From: Thermoproteota archaeon
GTDB lineage: Archaea > Korarchaeota > Korarchaeia > Korarchaeales > Korarchaeaceae
DNA: 64,000 nucleotides
Direction: 5' to 3'
Assembly: GCA_027492205.1 (NCBI GenBank)
Contig: JAOZFN010000010.1
Location: forward strand, 1 to 64,000
Part shown: positions 38,017-48,032 of the stretch, piece by piece
How the letters are laid out: each line of letters begins with the position of its first letter
How positions within the stretch are numbered: the first letter of the stretch is position 1
The notes under the pieces: model-generated
Databases searched by the model: none
Told to the model about the DNA's origin: nothing
The model's input: only the letters and a program-made list of their open reading frames with translations
Program-made: the position numbers and the translations under genes

Positions 38017-39165
38017 CCTAGCGAGTTCCGTGGCCGCCAGCCCCCTGTGATCCTCCCTCGAGCTAACGCTCCTCCTGACCCACCTGAGATCCTCTTCCTG
38101 GACCCTCCACGGGAGCAGCAGACCAAGGACTTCCACCCCGCGGTCAGGGTCTAGCCCCATCGCGTCCACGGCGTGCTTAAGGGCCAAGACGTCTATCACC
38201 GCGAAACAGTCGTCTCCTATCAGTCTGATCGGCTCCTCAACCCCCAGCGGGAGGCCGAGCCTATATGCAAGGCTCTTCGCCTTTATCAGCGCTCTCATCT
38301 GCTCGGTCGTCAGGAGGACCCTCAGCCTCGTCAGGAGGGACCTATAGTGGTTGTCTATCTTCAGGACATCTGAGATCCTGGAGTACGAGGCCATCAACGG
38401 CCTCTCCCTGATGAGAAGCCCCGATCTCCACAGGTCAGGCGACAGGTGTATCAGCGACCGGAGGAGACCGTCTCCCCCCATGGTCGCTGAGGGGTTCGTG
38501 AAGGCAACCTCTTGAGCCAGCGCAACGTCGATCGCGAGCTCAAGATAAGACCTCAGCCTCCTCCTGGCCCCCCTCCCGCCCTTCCCGGGGCTGCCCAGCT
38601 GAAAGGTTATCCCGAAGGGCGTTAAGAAGTAAAAGTCTCCCGGCCTTATCCCCCAGTCTCTCTTCGACCTGGACTCGGCGAACTTCCTGCTAACCTCTCC
38701 CCTCACGAGGGGGGCGGATAGGCTGTAAAGCACCTCAGCCGGCAAGTCCTCGATGGGGTCTCCCTCTACCACGTGGACGAGGGCATACGGCCTGGACAGC
38801 ATTCCCTCTCCCCTGAGCGCCGCGTTCACCAGGGACTCGATCGCCCTCGCCGCCTCCCCCCAGTAACTCACGAGAGGCTTGGCCTCCATCCCCGGCCTGC
38901 CCACGAGCCGTACCCTGGCAGACGTGAACCCAGAAGCATACCGCCTTATCTCTAAGGTTGGGCGGCTTTGGAGCCTAAGTTCTCTGGCAACACCCCCTAA
39001 GGGCGCGCTCCTCCTCTCAACCGAGTAGCCGAGGCATATCTTCTCTCCAGCGACCCTCGAAACGCGCGCGGAGATTCTCCGAAGAAATCGGGGGCCAGGA
39101 CAACCTACGGAGCCGGACCATCCGACTGAGACCCTGACCAGTGAGAAGACTGCCCTCCCGATCAA
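37816..39165 (-). CDS. Hypothetical protein with C-terminal wHTH-like segment
   Basis: 449-aa ORF; GLAATELARLIPSISQSRLY...GAGRRQVVIYEVN. Confidence 0.65.
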   Translation of the reverse strand: MIGRAVFSLVRVSVGWSGSVGCPGPRFLRRISARVSRVAGEKICLGYSVERRSAPLGGVARELRLQSRPTLEIRRYASGFTSARVRLVGRPGMEAKPLVSYWGEAARAIESLVNAALRGEGMLSRPYALVHVVEGDPIEDLPAEVLYSLSAPLVRGEVSRKFAESRSKRDWGIRPGDFYFLTPFGITFQLGSPGKGGRGARRRLRSYLELAIDVALAQEVAFTNPSATMGGDGLLRSLIHLSPDLWRSGLLIRERPLMASYSRISDVLKIDNHYRSLLTRLRVLLTTEQMRALIKAKSLAYRLGLPLGVEEPIRLIGDDCFAVIDVLALKHAVDAMGLDPDRGVEVLGLLLPWRVQEEDLRWVRRSVSSREDHRGLAATELARLIPSISQSRLYSLLGGECPPGWLLQRSVSRRGAGRRQVVIYEVNVSVDLIRALVAGWSASVSRVIR

Positions 39166-39280
39166 GCCGCGCGGCCCCCCACGGGGGCCGGGCGGGCGGC
39201 CGACATCGCGGCCCGGGGGCCTGTCAACCCGCCACCCGTCCGCCCGGCCCCAGATCAGTCTTCGTCTTAGTATAATAAAA
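39166..39280 (-). ncRNA. Structured GC-rich leader/small RNA with alternative hairpins, plus its TATA box
   Basis: 16-bp stem 39184-39199/39236-39251 (one mismatch); competing 8-bp hairpin 39172-39190; TTTTATTATA on the minus strand at 39271-39280. Confidence 0.45.
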
Positions 39281-39306
39281 CCGTCGGGGCCCCTGCCCTG
39301 CGGCCC

Positions 39307-40167
39307 TCACCTGAATTCCCTGTAAAACCTCCCGATGTCGACCCTGAGCTCCCGCCTGACGAGGGGCTCCTCGGTTAGGTGCGGCATCTCGTCGAAGATC
39401 GTGGGCTCCTCAGATCTGTAGAAAATTCCAATGGGTACTTTCTCTCCCTCTGAGAGTTCCTCCTCCCTAGCCCTGGCGAGCGCTGCCTCCCAGTCTCCCG
39501 GGTCGTGTCCCGAATCCTCCAGCCTGTAGACCCTCTCCCTATAGTAGGGGTAGGTGTTGTAGAAGGTGACGCAAGGCTGGAGGACGTCTATGAAGGCGAA
39601 CCCCCTGTGCCTGACTCCCTCCTTGAAGAGGTAGGTCAGGTGCTCCACGTCACCGGCGAATCCCCTGGCGACGAACGTCGCCCCGAGCGACAGAGCGAAC
39701 GTGAGCGGGTTCATCGGCTTCTCCGGCACGCCGAACGGGGTGGACCTGGTCTTCATTCCCTTCGGCGTGGTGGGCGTGTACTGCCCGGTCGTGAGGCCGA
39801 ACACCTTGTTGTTGTGGACCACGTAAAGCAGGTCGACGTTCCTCCTGATCGCGTGCGGCAGGTGACCGATCCCGATTGCGTAGGCGTCGCCGTCTCCAGC
39901 GAACCCCATGACCTCGAGTTCCGGGTTCGCGATCTTGATCCCGGTGGCCAGGGGGAGCACGCGCCCGTGGATCGTGTGAAAGCTGTTGACCGCCACGTAG
40001 TCCCCCATCTTGCCGTGGCACCCTATCCCGGTCACGACTACCACCCTCTCGGGCTTCAGCCCAAGCTCCGCTATAGTCCTCTTGAAGGCCATCAGGATGG
40101 CGAAGTTTCCGCACCCCGGACACCAGGTGTTCTTCTTGGCCGTTCCGAGCTCAGCCACGCTGACCAC
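39307..40167 (-). CDS. korB: 2-oxoacid:ferredoxin oxidoreductase beta subunit
   Basis: WCPGCGN, GIGC, HGRVLP, GDGD, GLTTGQ, QPCVTF. Confidence 0.93.
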   Translation of the reverse strand: MVSVAELGTAKKNTWCPGCGNFAILMAFKRTIAELGLKPERVVVVTGIGCHGKMGDYVAVNSFHTIHGRVLPLATGIKIANPELEVMGFAGDGDAYAIGIGHLPHAIRRNVDLLYVVHNNKVFGLTTGQYTPTTPKGMKTRSTPFGVPEKPMNPLTFALSLGATFVARGFAGDVEHLTYLFKEGVRHRGFAFIDVLQPCVTFYNTYPYYRERVYRLEDSGHDPGDWEAALARAREEELSEGEKVPIGIFYRSEEPTIFDEMPHLTEEPLVRRELRVDIGRFYREFR

Positions 40168-41886
40168 TCACATCACCTCCATGACGCCCTCCAGGATGTC
40201 CTCTGGCGTGAAAGGCCTCCCGTCGTAGCGGAGCACTCGGTGATCCACCTGAATTCCCGTCTCCATCCTGAGGAGCTTGGCAAGCTGCCCGGTGGCGTTT
40301 TGCTCCACAGCGATAATCCTCCCTGCCCCCCTGAGTTCTGCCACGATCTCCTCGGACGGGAACGGCCAGAGGTAGATCACCCTGACGGCCCTCACCTTGA
40401 GCCCCTCCTCCGCGAGCCTCTCCGTAGCTTCGTACACGGCGCCCCTGGTCGACCCCCAGTGGAGGAGCACCGCGTCGGCCCCGGGGTCGCCCCAGACCTC
40501 TAGGCTCTTCCCCCGGAGGGCCTCAGAGATCGCGATCAGCTTCCTCAACCTCTTGTCCTGCATCTTCCTGGCGTTGTCAGGGTCTTCGCTGGCCCACCCT
40601 AGCTCGTTGTGCTCGGAGCTGTTCTGCTTAACGATCGCCCCGAGCGTGCCGGGAAGGGCTCTCGGAGAGATTCCATCCTCCGTGAAGAGGTACCTCTTGT
40701 ACTCGCCGGGGCCTCTCCACTCGCTCTCGATGATCTTTCCCCTGTCTATCGTGACGGCTCCCAGGTCGAACGGCTCCACATCCGTGAAGCTCTCAGTGAT
40801 GTGCTTGTCGATCAGGAGGATCACCGGGACCTGAAATCTCTCCGCCAGGTTGAAGGCCTCCGCGGTCAGGTAGAAGGTCTCCTCAACGTCACCCGGGGCG
40901 CTCACAATCCTCGGGAACTCGCCCTGAGAGGCGTGAATGGCGAAGAGCAGGTCCGCCTGAGAGGTGTAGGTTGGGAGGCCTGTGCTCGGGCCAGGCCTCT
41001 GGGCGAGGACCACGACGATGGGGGTTTCGGTGGCGCCGGCCTGCCCGAGCGCCTCGACCATTAGGGAGAACCCTCCCCCCGAGGTCCCCGTCATGGACCT
41101 GACCCCTGCGTAGGCGGCCCCGATGACCATGTTTATGGCCGCTATCTCGCTCTCCGCCTGAATCACGCCTATATCCGCATCTCGCTGGATCCTAGCCAGG
41201 TAGTGCAGGATTGGGGAGGCCGGAGTCATCGGATACGCCGCATAGAACTTCATACCGGCGGCCACCGCCCCGAGGGCGCACGCCTCGGAGCCGGTCACAA
41301 CGAGCCTCCCCTCATCTCCCCTGAACCTCAGCTGGACTCCCAGGCTCTCAAAGTTCTCCCTCGCATACTCATACCCTCTCTTAGCCGCCTTCTCATTTAT
41401 CTCGTAGACCTTCGGCTTGAACTGTCTCTTCAAGACCTCGAGAAGAACGTCAAGTTCGTATCCGAGGAGGTTGACCAGAGCCCCCAGGGCGGCCGAGTTC
41501 CTGACGATGAGCGGGCCCCCCACCTCCCGCGCCATGGTCCTCAGGGGCATCGGAAGCGGCTTGGCTGGCCCTACGCCACTAAGATCTTTGACGGAGTCAG
41601 AGTCATACAGGAGGATGGATCCGGTAGTGAGCTCGCCCGCGTGCCTCTCTACCGTGTCTTCGTTGAGGGCTATGAGCAGATCTACCCCCCGGCGGGGGGC
41701 CCGGACGGGGCGCACGGACACCCTGACCAAGTGGTAGTTGTGACCGCCGCGGATGAGGGACTGGTAGTCGAAGACAGAGAAGACGTGAAAGCCCCCTCGG
41801 ACGAACATCTTGTCCATTAGGAGGCCTGCCTGCCGGATTCCGTCTCCAGCCTCTCCCCCGATCATCACGGTCAGATCTGGGCCCAT
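40168..41886 (-). CDS. korA: 2-oxoacid:ferredoxin oxidoreductase alpha subunit (gamma-alpha fusion)
   Basis: GGEAGDG, IRGGH, YPMTPAS, ESEIAA, TSGGGF, QRPGPSTGLPT. Confidence 0.93.
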   Translation of the reverse strand: MGPDLTVMIGGEAGDGIRQAGLLMDKMFVRGGFHVFSVFDYQSLIRGGHNYHLVRVSVRPVRAPRRGVDLLIALNEDTVERHAGELTTGSILLYDSDSVKDLSGVGPAKPLPMPLRTMAREVGGPLIVRNSAALGALVNLLGYELDVLLEVLKRQFKPKVYEINEKAAKRGYEYARENFESLGVQLRFRGDEGRLVVTGSEACALGAVAAGMKFYAAYPMTPASPILHYLARIQRDADIGVIQAESEIAAINMVIGAAYAGVRSMTGTSGGGFSLMVEALGQAGATETPIVVVLAQRPGPSTGLPTYTSQADLLFAIHASQGEFPRIVSAPGDVEETFYLTAEAFNLAERFQVPVILLIDKHITESFTDVEPFDLGAVTIDRGKIIESEWRGPGEYKRYLFTEDGISPRALPGTLGAIVKQNSSEHNELGWASEDPDNARKMQDKRLRKLIAISEALRGKSLEVWGDPGADAVLLHWGSTRGAVYEATERLAEEGLKVRAVRVIYLWPFPSEEIVAELRGAGRIIAVEQNATGQLAKLLRMETGIQVDHRVLRYDGRPFTPEDILEGVMEVM

Positions 41887-42078
41887 GAGCGCTCGGGGCC
41901 GCCTCTTCAAAAATGATAAAAAACATTTCCGGTATCAAAAACGGGACTCTGTGAGAGTCCGGGTTCCCTTATTCGGCAACATTGGTACCTACCCCGATCT
42001 AAGGGGTTGACTGAGTGGTCCAAATTTTGCAGAGGATCGCTTACACTCTCTGATGGGACTCGCGAGGAGGCGCCTCCT

Positions 42079-43005
42079 CTACGGGACTGGATACAGGATG
42101 TCTGCGACCCTCCGGAGCTGACCCAGGCCCTTCACCTCGAACTCGAATAGGGGCACCAGAGTTACACCCGGCCTCTCTCCGAATTCCGCCAAGATCTCCT
42201 CGAGGTGCGATGTCTGCATAGCTCGCCTTCTCTTCAGAAGATCACAGCAAGATTCACCCTCTGGAATCAGCTCGTTGACCACGACCCCCAGCACGTCCAG
42301 CCCGAAGGACTTGAGCTCCTCGTAAACCCTCCTAGTCTGGGCCACGGCAAGCGCCTCCGGAATGGTCACGAGCGCGGCCCCGACGTCGGGGGCTCGGAGC
42401 ATTGACAGGACATCCATGGCGAGGGCCCGCCACTCCTCGATTATCTCCAGCGGAGACCTCTCTCCTCTCCTTATTCGCTCGAGGGCCCCCCTTATCCTGA
42501 GGTAGAGCCTGGCCGCATCTCCCATGTGGGAGTAGACCTGTTCCTGAATCTTGATCAGCCTCAGGGTGCCGCCGGCCGGGGCGGTGTCCCAGACTATCAC
42601 GTCGTACTCCTCTGACCTGTAGAAGTGGAGCACGTAGGCCAGGAGGAATTCCTCGGCAAGCCCGGGGGCACCCGCCACGTAGTCTATGATCTCCCTCCCA
42701 ACTGGTAGGAACGAGCTGACGACTTGGTAGACCTCGTCCCCATATCTATGCCTCCACATCTTGAGGATCAGGTCTTCGTCCAGCTCTACCGCGTGAAGGG
42801 TCGGCAGTACCGACGTGGGTTTCCCCCTGACGTCGACCTCGAGGATGTCGCTCAGAGACGGCTGAAAGTCGCTGGATAGCAGGAGCACCCTCCTCCCGGC
42901 GTCGGCCAGCCGCACGGAGGTGGCGGCGGAGCAGGTGGTCTTCCCCACTCCCCCCTTCCCAGTGAACATGATCAGCCTCCGCTCTAGCGCGTCGGCCAGC
43001 GGCAT
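42079..43005 (-). CDS. ArsA/GET3 family ATPase
   Basis: GKGGVGKTT, SSDFQPSLSD, WDTAPAGGTLR, VVN. Confidence 0.9.
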   Translation of the reverse strand: MPLADALERRLIMFTGKGGVGKTTCSAATSVRLADAGRRVLLLSSDFQPSLSDILEVDVRGKPTSVLPTLHAVELDEDLILKMWRHRYGDEVYQVVSSFLPVGREIIDYVAGAPGLAEEFLLAYVLHFYRSEEYDVIVWDTAPAGGTLRLIKIQEQVYSHMGDAARLYLRIRGALERIRRGERSPLEIIEEWRALAMDVLSMLRAPDVGAALVTIPEALAVAQTRRVYEELKSFGLDVLGVVVNELIPEGESCCDLLKRRRAMQTSHLEEILAEFGERPGVTLVPLFEFEVKGLGQLRRVADILYPVP

Positions 43006-43056
43006 CGTCCCCCTCGGTGAGTGACCGTAATAAAGGGTCTCCCGGTGCTGTGGACG

Positions 43057-43728
43057 ATGCCGCCCCTGTCGCCCGAACAGGAGGAGGCCCTGGCGTCGGT
43101 CGCCAGGAAGTACTACGGCCGGGATCCCGCGCACGGCTGGGACCACATACTCGCGGTGGTCAACGCGGCAAGGGTGATAGCCCGGGAACTCGGGGCCGAC
43201 GAGGCCGTAGTAGTCGCGGCCGCCTACTTCCACGACGCCGCCCCCCGGTTCGAGGCGGGCCACAGAAGTCACTCTGAGGCGTCGGCGGGGGTAGCCAGAC
43301 GGGAGCTGACCGAGATCGGGTGGCCCGAGGAACTAGTGGAGAGGGTGGCTGAGACCATAGTGGGGGCCTCCTACGAGTCCCAGCTGGCTGGAGCCGGGGT
43401 GGATACCCCAGAGGCCCAGGCCCTCAGGGAGGCCGATCTGCTCGACGCGATGGGTGCCAGGGGCATCGCGAGGGCGTTCGCGTTTGCAGCATTCTACGGA
43501 TCCCCAGAGGGACTCGGAACCCTCGACTGGGATCCGGAGAACCCTCCAAACCTCGAGATGAATTTGGACGGCCCAGATCCGTCGGCCATACACCACTTTG
43601 CCTCCAAGCTCCTGAACCTCCGCACCCACTTCAGGAGCCGAACGGGGAGGCGGCTGGCAGAGGGCAGGCACAGGTTCATGGTCGAGTTCCTCAAGAGGTA
43701 CGCGGCCGAGATGGATGGGCGCCTATAG
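43057..43728 (+). CDS. HD-domain phosphohydrolase
   Basis: AHGWDH, YFHD, EADLLDAMGARGIARAF, HHFASKLL. Confidence 0.9.
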   Translation: MPPLSPEQEEALASVARKYYGRDPAHGWDHILAVVNAARVIARELGADEAVVVAAAYFHDAAPRFEAGHRSHSEASAGVARRELTEIGWPEELVERVAETIVGASYESQLAGAGVDTPEAQALREADLLDAMGARGIARAFAFAAFYGSPEGLGTLDWDPENPPNLEMNLDGPDPSAIHHFASKLLNLRTHFRSRTGRRLAEGRHRFMVEFLKRYAAEMDGRL

Positions 43729-43770
43729 CTGGCGTAAACCTTTTCTCGGACGCTCCGCGTTTGAAAAGCC

Positions 43771-44325
43771 GTGCGCGACGAGATCGAGGAGGGCATAAGG
43801 AGGACGCTCGAACTCATGTCGAGGCTTGGGATAGATGGCGAGATCCTCAGGCACGAGGAGGTCAGCGGGAGGACGTCCGAGGGGGCCGCCGAGGCGCTCG
43901 GGGTGCCGCTGGAGAGGGTGGTCAAGACCCTGATCTTCACGGCGGGTGGCAGGTTCGCCGCGGTCGTGACGCTCGGAGATAGGAGGGTGGACGTCAAGGC
44001 ATTGAGGGACCTGGTGGGTTTGAAGAAGCCCAGGCTCGCGACCCCAGAGGAGGTCGAGCGCCTCTTGGGATTCAGCCCAGGTGGGATCCCGCCCTTCGCC
44101 CCTGCAGGATTAATGCCCTGCTTAGTGGAGCAGGCGGCGCTCGAGCTGGACTGGGTCGTGGGAGCCGCCGGGAGTGAGTTCGCCGGCGTCAGGTTCGACC
44201 CCAAGAGCCTCCTCTCCCTTGGGTTCAAGCCGGCAAAAGTCTCGATGTCCAGTGAAAAAAGGCGTTACGAGCCCTCAGAACCGTCTGAGGGCTACGATCT
44301 TGGTGAACGCCCAGACGAGACCTAG
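43771..44325 (+). CDS. YbaK/EbsC aminoacyl-tRNA deacylase family
   Basis: AAEALG..VVKTL, GFSPGGIPPF, AAG. Confidence 0.9.
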   Translation: MRDEIEEGIRRTLELMSRLGIDGEILRHEEVSGRTSEGAAEALGVPLERVVKTLIFTAGGRFAAVVTLGDRRVDVKALRDLVGLKKPRLATPEEVERLLGFSPGGIPPFAPAGLMPCLVEQAALELDWVVGAAGSEFAGVRFDPKSLLSLGFKPAKVSMSSEKRRYEPSEPSEGYDLGERPDET

Positions 44326-46695
44326 TGGTACGCTCACCAGTGTGGAGAGGACTAGGGCTGTGGACCCGAAGGCCGCGAGTGCATGAGATGAGGACGCCAC
44401 GCCCAAGGCCAGGATAAGGAGTCCCGCACCATCAGCCGCGAGCGCCGCCTTGATCCACCCGGGATTGATCTCACCTGCCGAGAGGCGAAGCGACAGGACG
44501 AGTGGGGCCAGCAGGTACATCACCCCCAGGAGGCCGGAGGCCACTACGCCAGCAATGGTCACGGAGGCTTCAGAAGACCCCATCACATCCATGATCACCT
44601 TAGATGCGGATAGGGACCACAGCAAGGGGGTGATGCCGAGCCTCACAGCCCTCATGACCCCTGGCCTGCCCGAGATAAACTCCGCGACCCCCGGGCTCCA
44701 CGAGTAGTAGAACGCGTTGAACACCCTGAGGAACGCTGAGCCGGCGAACGTAGCAGCCACGTCCTCGTCCCTGAACTCCCTGAGCATCTGGACCTGGGGC
44801 GCCAGCTCCGAGCCGTAGGCCGCGGTGGCTATGACGCACCTAGACGGGGCGGCCTGCGCCGGCTGGACGGTCAGCGTCGCGGTGGCGGTCTTGACGCTCC
44901 CCCCGCCCGAGGCGGTCACGGTCACCGAGAAGGTCCCCGTCGTTGCCCCCGTCCTCACCTCCAGCGTAGAGATCCCGTCTGGAGTGACCTGCTCTGGGGC
45001 GATGCTGTAGGCGTAATCGGAGGGCAGCCCGGAGACTCTGAGAGAGACGGGCTGAGGCGCCCCAGACAGCGTTCTGAGCGCGACGGCGAACGTCACCGTG
45101 TCCCCTGTCCTGGCCTCCGCCGCCGACGGTGAGACCTCGACTTCGAAGTCGAACTGGCTGAGCGCCGAGGTAGTGCTCGGGGGGCTCGAAGAGGTCGGGG
45201 GAGCCGTCGTCTGGGGAGGCTGGGTCGCCCTCGGGTTAACGACGAGCGTGACCATAGCCGAATGGGTCTTCCCCCCGCCCGAGGCGGTCACGGTCAGCAC
45301 AAAGCTCCCAACGGCCTCACCGGTCTGTATGGAGAGCGTTGCGGTGTAGGCTCCAGTCTGAGTCACGGAGAAAGTTGAGTCCTGAGGCAGACCCTCCAGG
45401 CTTACTGTTACGGGGTCCGAAAATCCTCCAATCGGGATTATCTCGATCTCGAACTCAGCCACATCTCCCCGAGTTACCGTCAGGGAAGCTGGAGACAGTG
45501 ATATCGAGAAGTCCGGCTGCACGGTTCTATGAACGGTCAGCTGAGCGGTGACGGAGTGGCTCAGGTATCCGGCCGATCCGGAGACGGTGATCGCGCTCGA
45601 CCCCTCCGGAGTCGACGTCTGGGTGGAGACCGTCAGGGTCGTGGAGAAGGGGGGAACCCCGCTGGGCCTGCTGAAGGAGTATGTGGCGCCCTCAGGGAGC
45701 CCCGACAAGCTGAGGTGAACCGTCTCGTCGAAGCCCCCCACGGGAGTCACCTCGACGGTGAACGTCGCCTCGGATCCGGCCTCCACAGTTCTCACCGCTG
45801 GCGAGATGGACAGGTTGAAGTCCCTTGGCGCCTCAACCACGTGGAGCGTTAGTTCCTCCTGTACGGCCAAGCCTCCCCAGAAGGCATTGAATGTAGCCGT
45901 GACCCTCAGAGTGTAGTCTCCGGGGGTCGCGTCCTCCGAGGCCAGTATGGAGAGGGTGACCTTCTTCCTCCCCCCGGCGGGAACGAGAGGTGTTGGGTCG
46001 TCGAAGCCCGTGGTTATCCCGGAGGCGGAGAGATCCGTGGTCCGGAGGCTTACCTCCCCCTCGAATCTGTAAACCGACGTCAGCAGAGCCTGAACCCGCT
46101 TTGAACTCCCTTGGGTGAGAGTGACCTCGGTCTGATTCAAGCCCATACCGAGTGAGGGTTTAATACCCCTAGTCTTGAAGAGATAGTCCTTTACGAAATT
46201 TCCCGTGGCCACAGCGCCGTCCCTTATCTTGTCTCCGTATGGACAGTCGTACCCCATCGTCTTCCAGGAGACCGCGTAGGTGGAGAAGAGCTCGAGGAAG
46301 TAGGGCTCCCCGGGGTCCACCTCCACGGGTTCCGAGAAAGAGAACTCCTCCCACCTCGGCCCCCCGATGTCGATCTGCTTCGTCTTTTCGGCTATAACTG
46401 GCCCTGAGATCGACCCCCTGTGGATCCTGAGGGTGAGCTGGGCGGGCCCGCTTATGGAGGAGAACTCCACATATACTAGGACCGAGGTTATGGTCCCGAG
46501 TCTCGGGCGGATGATCTCTCCTATGGGCGAGTGAAAACTCACGTAGTCCCCGCCGGAGACGGCGGCAGAGCAAACCAAGTCGTCGATGATCGTGACGGCG
46601 GCTTCGGCGGGCGCGTACCCCCCAGGTAAGGGGGCGGTCAAGAGGATGAGGGAGCCCAGCAGTGCGATGGCTGCTGGGCCGCGTGCGTTGCTCAT
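44275..46695 (-). CDS. Cell-surface Ig-repeat protein with CFI-box-CTERM domain
   Basis: Signal peptide; repeated DF.LS.SP Ig units; PT linker; CVIATAAYGSELAP..LREFRD..FYYSWSP followed by TM helices. Confidence 0.85.
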   Translation of the reverse strand: MSNARGPAAIALLGSLILLTAPLPGGYAPAEAAVTIIDDLVCSAAVSGGDYVSFHSPIGEIIRPRLGTITSVLVYVEFSSISGPAQLTLRIHRGSISGPVIAEKTKQIDIGGPRWEEFSFSEPVEVDPGEPYFLELFSTYAVSWKTMGYDCPYGDKIRDGAVATGNFVKDYLFKTRGIKPSLGMGLNQTEVTLTQGSSKRVQALLTSVYRFEGEVSLRTTDLSASGITTGFDDPTPLVPAGGRKKVTLSILASEDATPGDYTLRVTATFNAFWGGLAVQEELTLHVVEAPRDFNLSISPAVRTVEAGSEATFTVEVTPVGGFDETVHLSLSGLPEGATYSFSRPSGVPPFSTTLTVSTQTSTPEGSSAITVSGSAGYLSHSVTAQLTVHRTVQPDFSISLSPASLTVTRGDVAEFEIEIIPIGGFSDPVTVSLEGLPQDSTFSVTQTGAYTATLSIQTGEAVGSFVLTVTASGGGKTHSAMVTLVVNPRATQPPQTTAPPTSSSPPSTTSALSQFDFEVEVSPSAAEARTGDTVTFAVALRTLSGAPQPVSLRVSGLPSDYAYSIAPEQVTPDGISTLEVRTGATTGTFSVTVTASGGGSVKTATATLTVQPAQAAPSRCVIATAAYGSELAPQVQMLREFRDEDVAATFAGSAFLRVFNAFYYSWSPGVAEFISGRPGVMRAVRLGITPLLWSLSASKVIMDVMGSSEASVTIAGVVASGLLGVMYLLAPLVLSLRLSAGEINPGWIKAALAADGAGLLILALGVASSSHALAAFGSTALVLSTLVSVPLGLVWAFTKIVALRRF

Positions 46696-46821
46696 AGCTG
46701 CGCCCAGCACGCCATCCTATTTAATCCAATGTCATGACCCGACCGCCCACCTATGGGCGAGATCGAGGAGTAAATCCCCGAAAGCTACCAAATGGATATG
46801 AAAATTCCCCCCTGGTCGAGT

Positions 46822-47046
46822 TCACGGTTCTTCCACATACTCGACCTCAAACACCTTCTCCCTCGACATCTGTCCCTTGACGAGCCTGACCCCGCTCTTG
46901 TTCACTCCAAAGTATTCCGCAAGGATCTCTCTCGCTTCCTCGTTTGCCCTGCCCTTCTCTGGTGGCGATCGGACGTAGACCACCGTGACGTCGCCGTCCA
47001 CCTCTACCCCACGCCTCCGCGCCCTCGGGTGGACCAGCACCCTCAC
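46822..47046 (-). CDS. DUF167 (YggU/UPF0235) protein
   Basis: VHPRA, SPPEKGRAN, GQMSREK. Confidence 0.88.
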   Translation of the reverse strand: MRVLVHPRARRRGVEVDGDVTVVYVRSPPEKGRANEEAREILAEYFGVNKSGVRLVKGQMSREKVFEVEYVEEP

Positions 47047-47055
47047 GCGCGTTGG

Positions 47056-47514
47056 TCAGCACCTCGCCTTCAGGGTCTCCGTCACCACGGCCGGGCAGAC
47101 CCTCGTGACCCCCTGCATCTGGCCGATCTCCCTGAGTATCCTATCCATTTCCTCCTCGTCTCTCGCCCAGATCTCCAGCATTATCGCGTGGTCGCCGGCC
47201 GTTATCCAGGCTCCCTTGACGTACTCCTTGGACGCCAGCTCCCTGGCCAGCCTTATTAGATCTCCGGGCTCTACGTCCACCCCAGTCAGTGAGGTCACTC
47301 TGTAGCCCAGCGCCTTGGGGTCAACCACGGCGGTGTAGCCAAGGATGACACCGCTCTTCTCCAGCCTGTTGAGCCTCTTTCTGACGGCGACGTCGCTTAT
47401 CCCGAGCGCGTCGGCCAGCTCCCTGTAAGTCACCCTCCCGTCTTTCATTAGAATGCTAACTATGGTTAGGTCCTTATCGTCGAGCACGAGCCCCAATTTG
47501 GTGGCCCTCACCAT
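47056..47514 (-). CDS. Lrp/AsnC family regulator (LrpA-like)
   Basis: LDDKD..I...DGR..YRELA..LGISDVAVRKR, GDHAIM, VCPAV. Confidence 0.92.
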   Translation of the reverse strand: MVRATKLGLVLDDKDLTIVSILMKDGRVTYRELADALGISDVAVRKRLNRLEKSGVILGYTAVVDPKALGYRVTSLTGVDVEPGDLIRLARELASKEYVKGAWITAGDHAIMLEIWARDEEEMDRILREIGQMQGVTRVCPAVVTETLKARC

Positions 47515-47702
47515 TAGTCGCTCGAACCTCCTGTTCCGAGGTCGCAATTAAACAATTCGAGAAAGAAACCTTTTTATTTTGGAATGGAAACTTCTAAAAG
47601 ATCTGGCGTTAAAGGGCAAATAGATATGGGACTATGGCGGCTAAACGCCGGCTTAATGCCGTCTGGGTGAACGTTTATCTCTGTCTCGGGGGGCTTTTTG
47701 GT

Positions 47703-47966
47703 ATGCCCTGCAGAAAGAGGAGGAGTGGCTCGAGGGGCGCAGGCGGGCGCGCCAAGGCCGAACTCGACGAGGAGGCCATCGCCATCCTCAAGGCCTTGGC
47801 GTCTCTCAAGGAGCCAGCAGGTTGCTCCAAGATAGCCGAGATCGCCGGTCTGCCGACGAGGAAGGTCACGGGCAAGCTGAGGGGACTCCTCAACAGGGGG
47901 CTGGTGTCTAGGCCCAGCAGGGGGGTCTACGTCATAACCGACGAGGGGAGGAAGGCGGTCTCCTGA
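47703..47966 (+). CDS. Small wHTH protein
   Basis: ILKAL...CSKIAEIAGL..KVTGKLRGLLNRGLV...YVITDEG. Confidence 0.8.
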   Translation: MPCRKRRSGSRGAGGRAKAELDEEAIAILKALASLKEPAGCSKIAEIAGLPTRKVTGKLRGLLNRGLVSRPSRGVYVITDEGRKAVS

Positions 47967-48032
47967 GGACTCTAACCGCGCAGGTGGCCCAGCAGAAGCG
48001 GCTCCCGAGAAAGAAGAAAGGGGAACCGGCTC

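Noticed and set aside
47515-47560. Lrp operator palindrome CTCGAAC..GTTCCGAG
   Set aside because: Imperfect and short; compatible with chance
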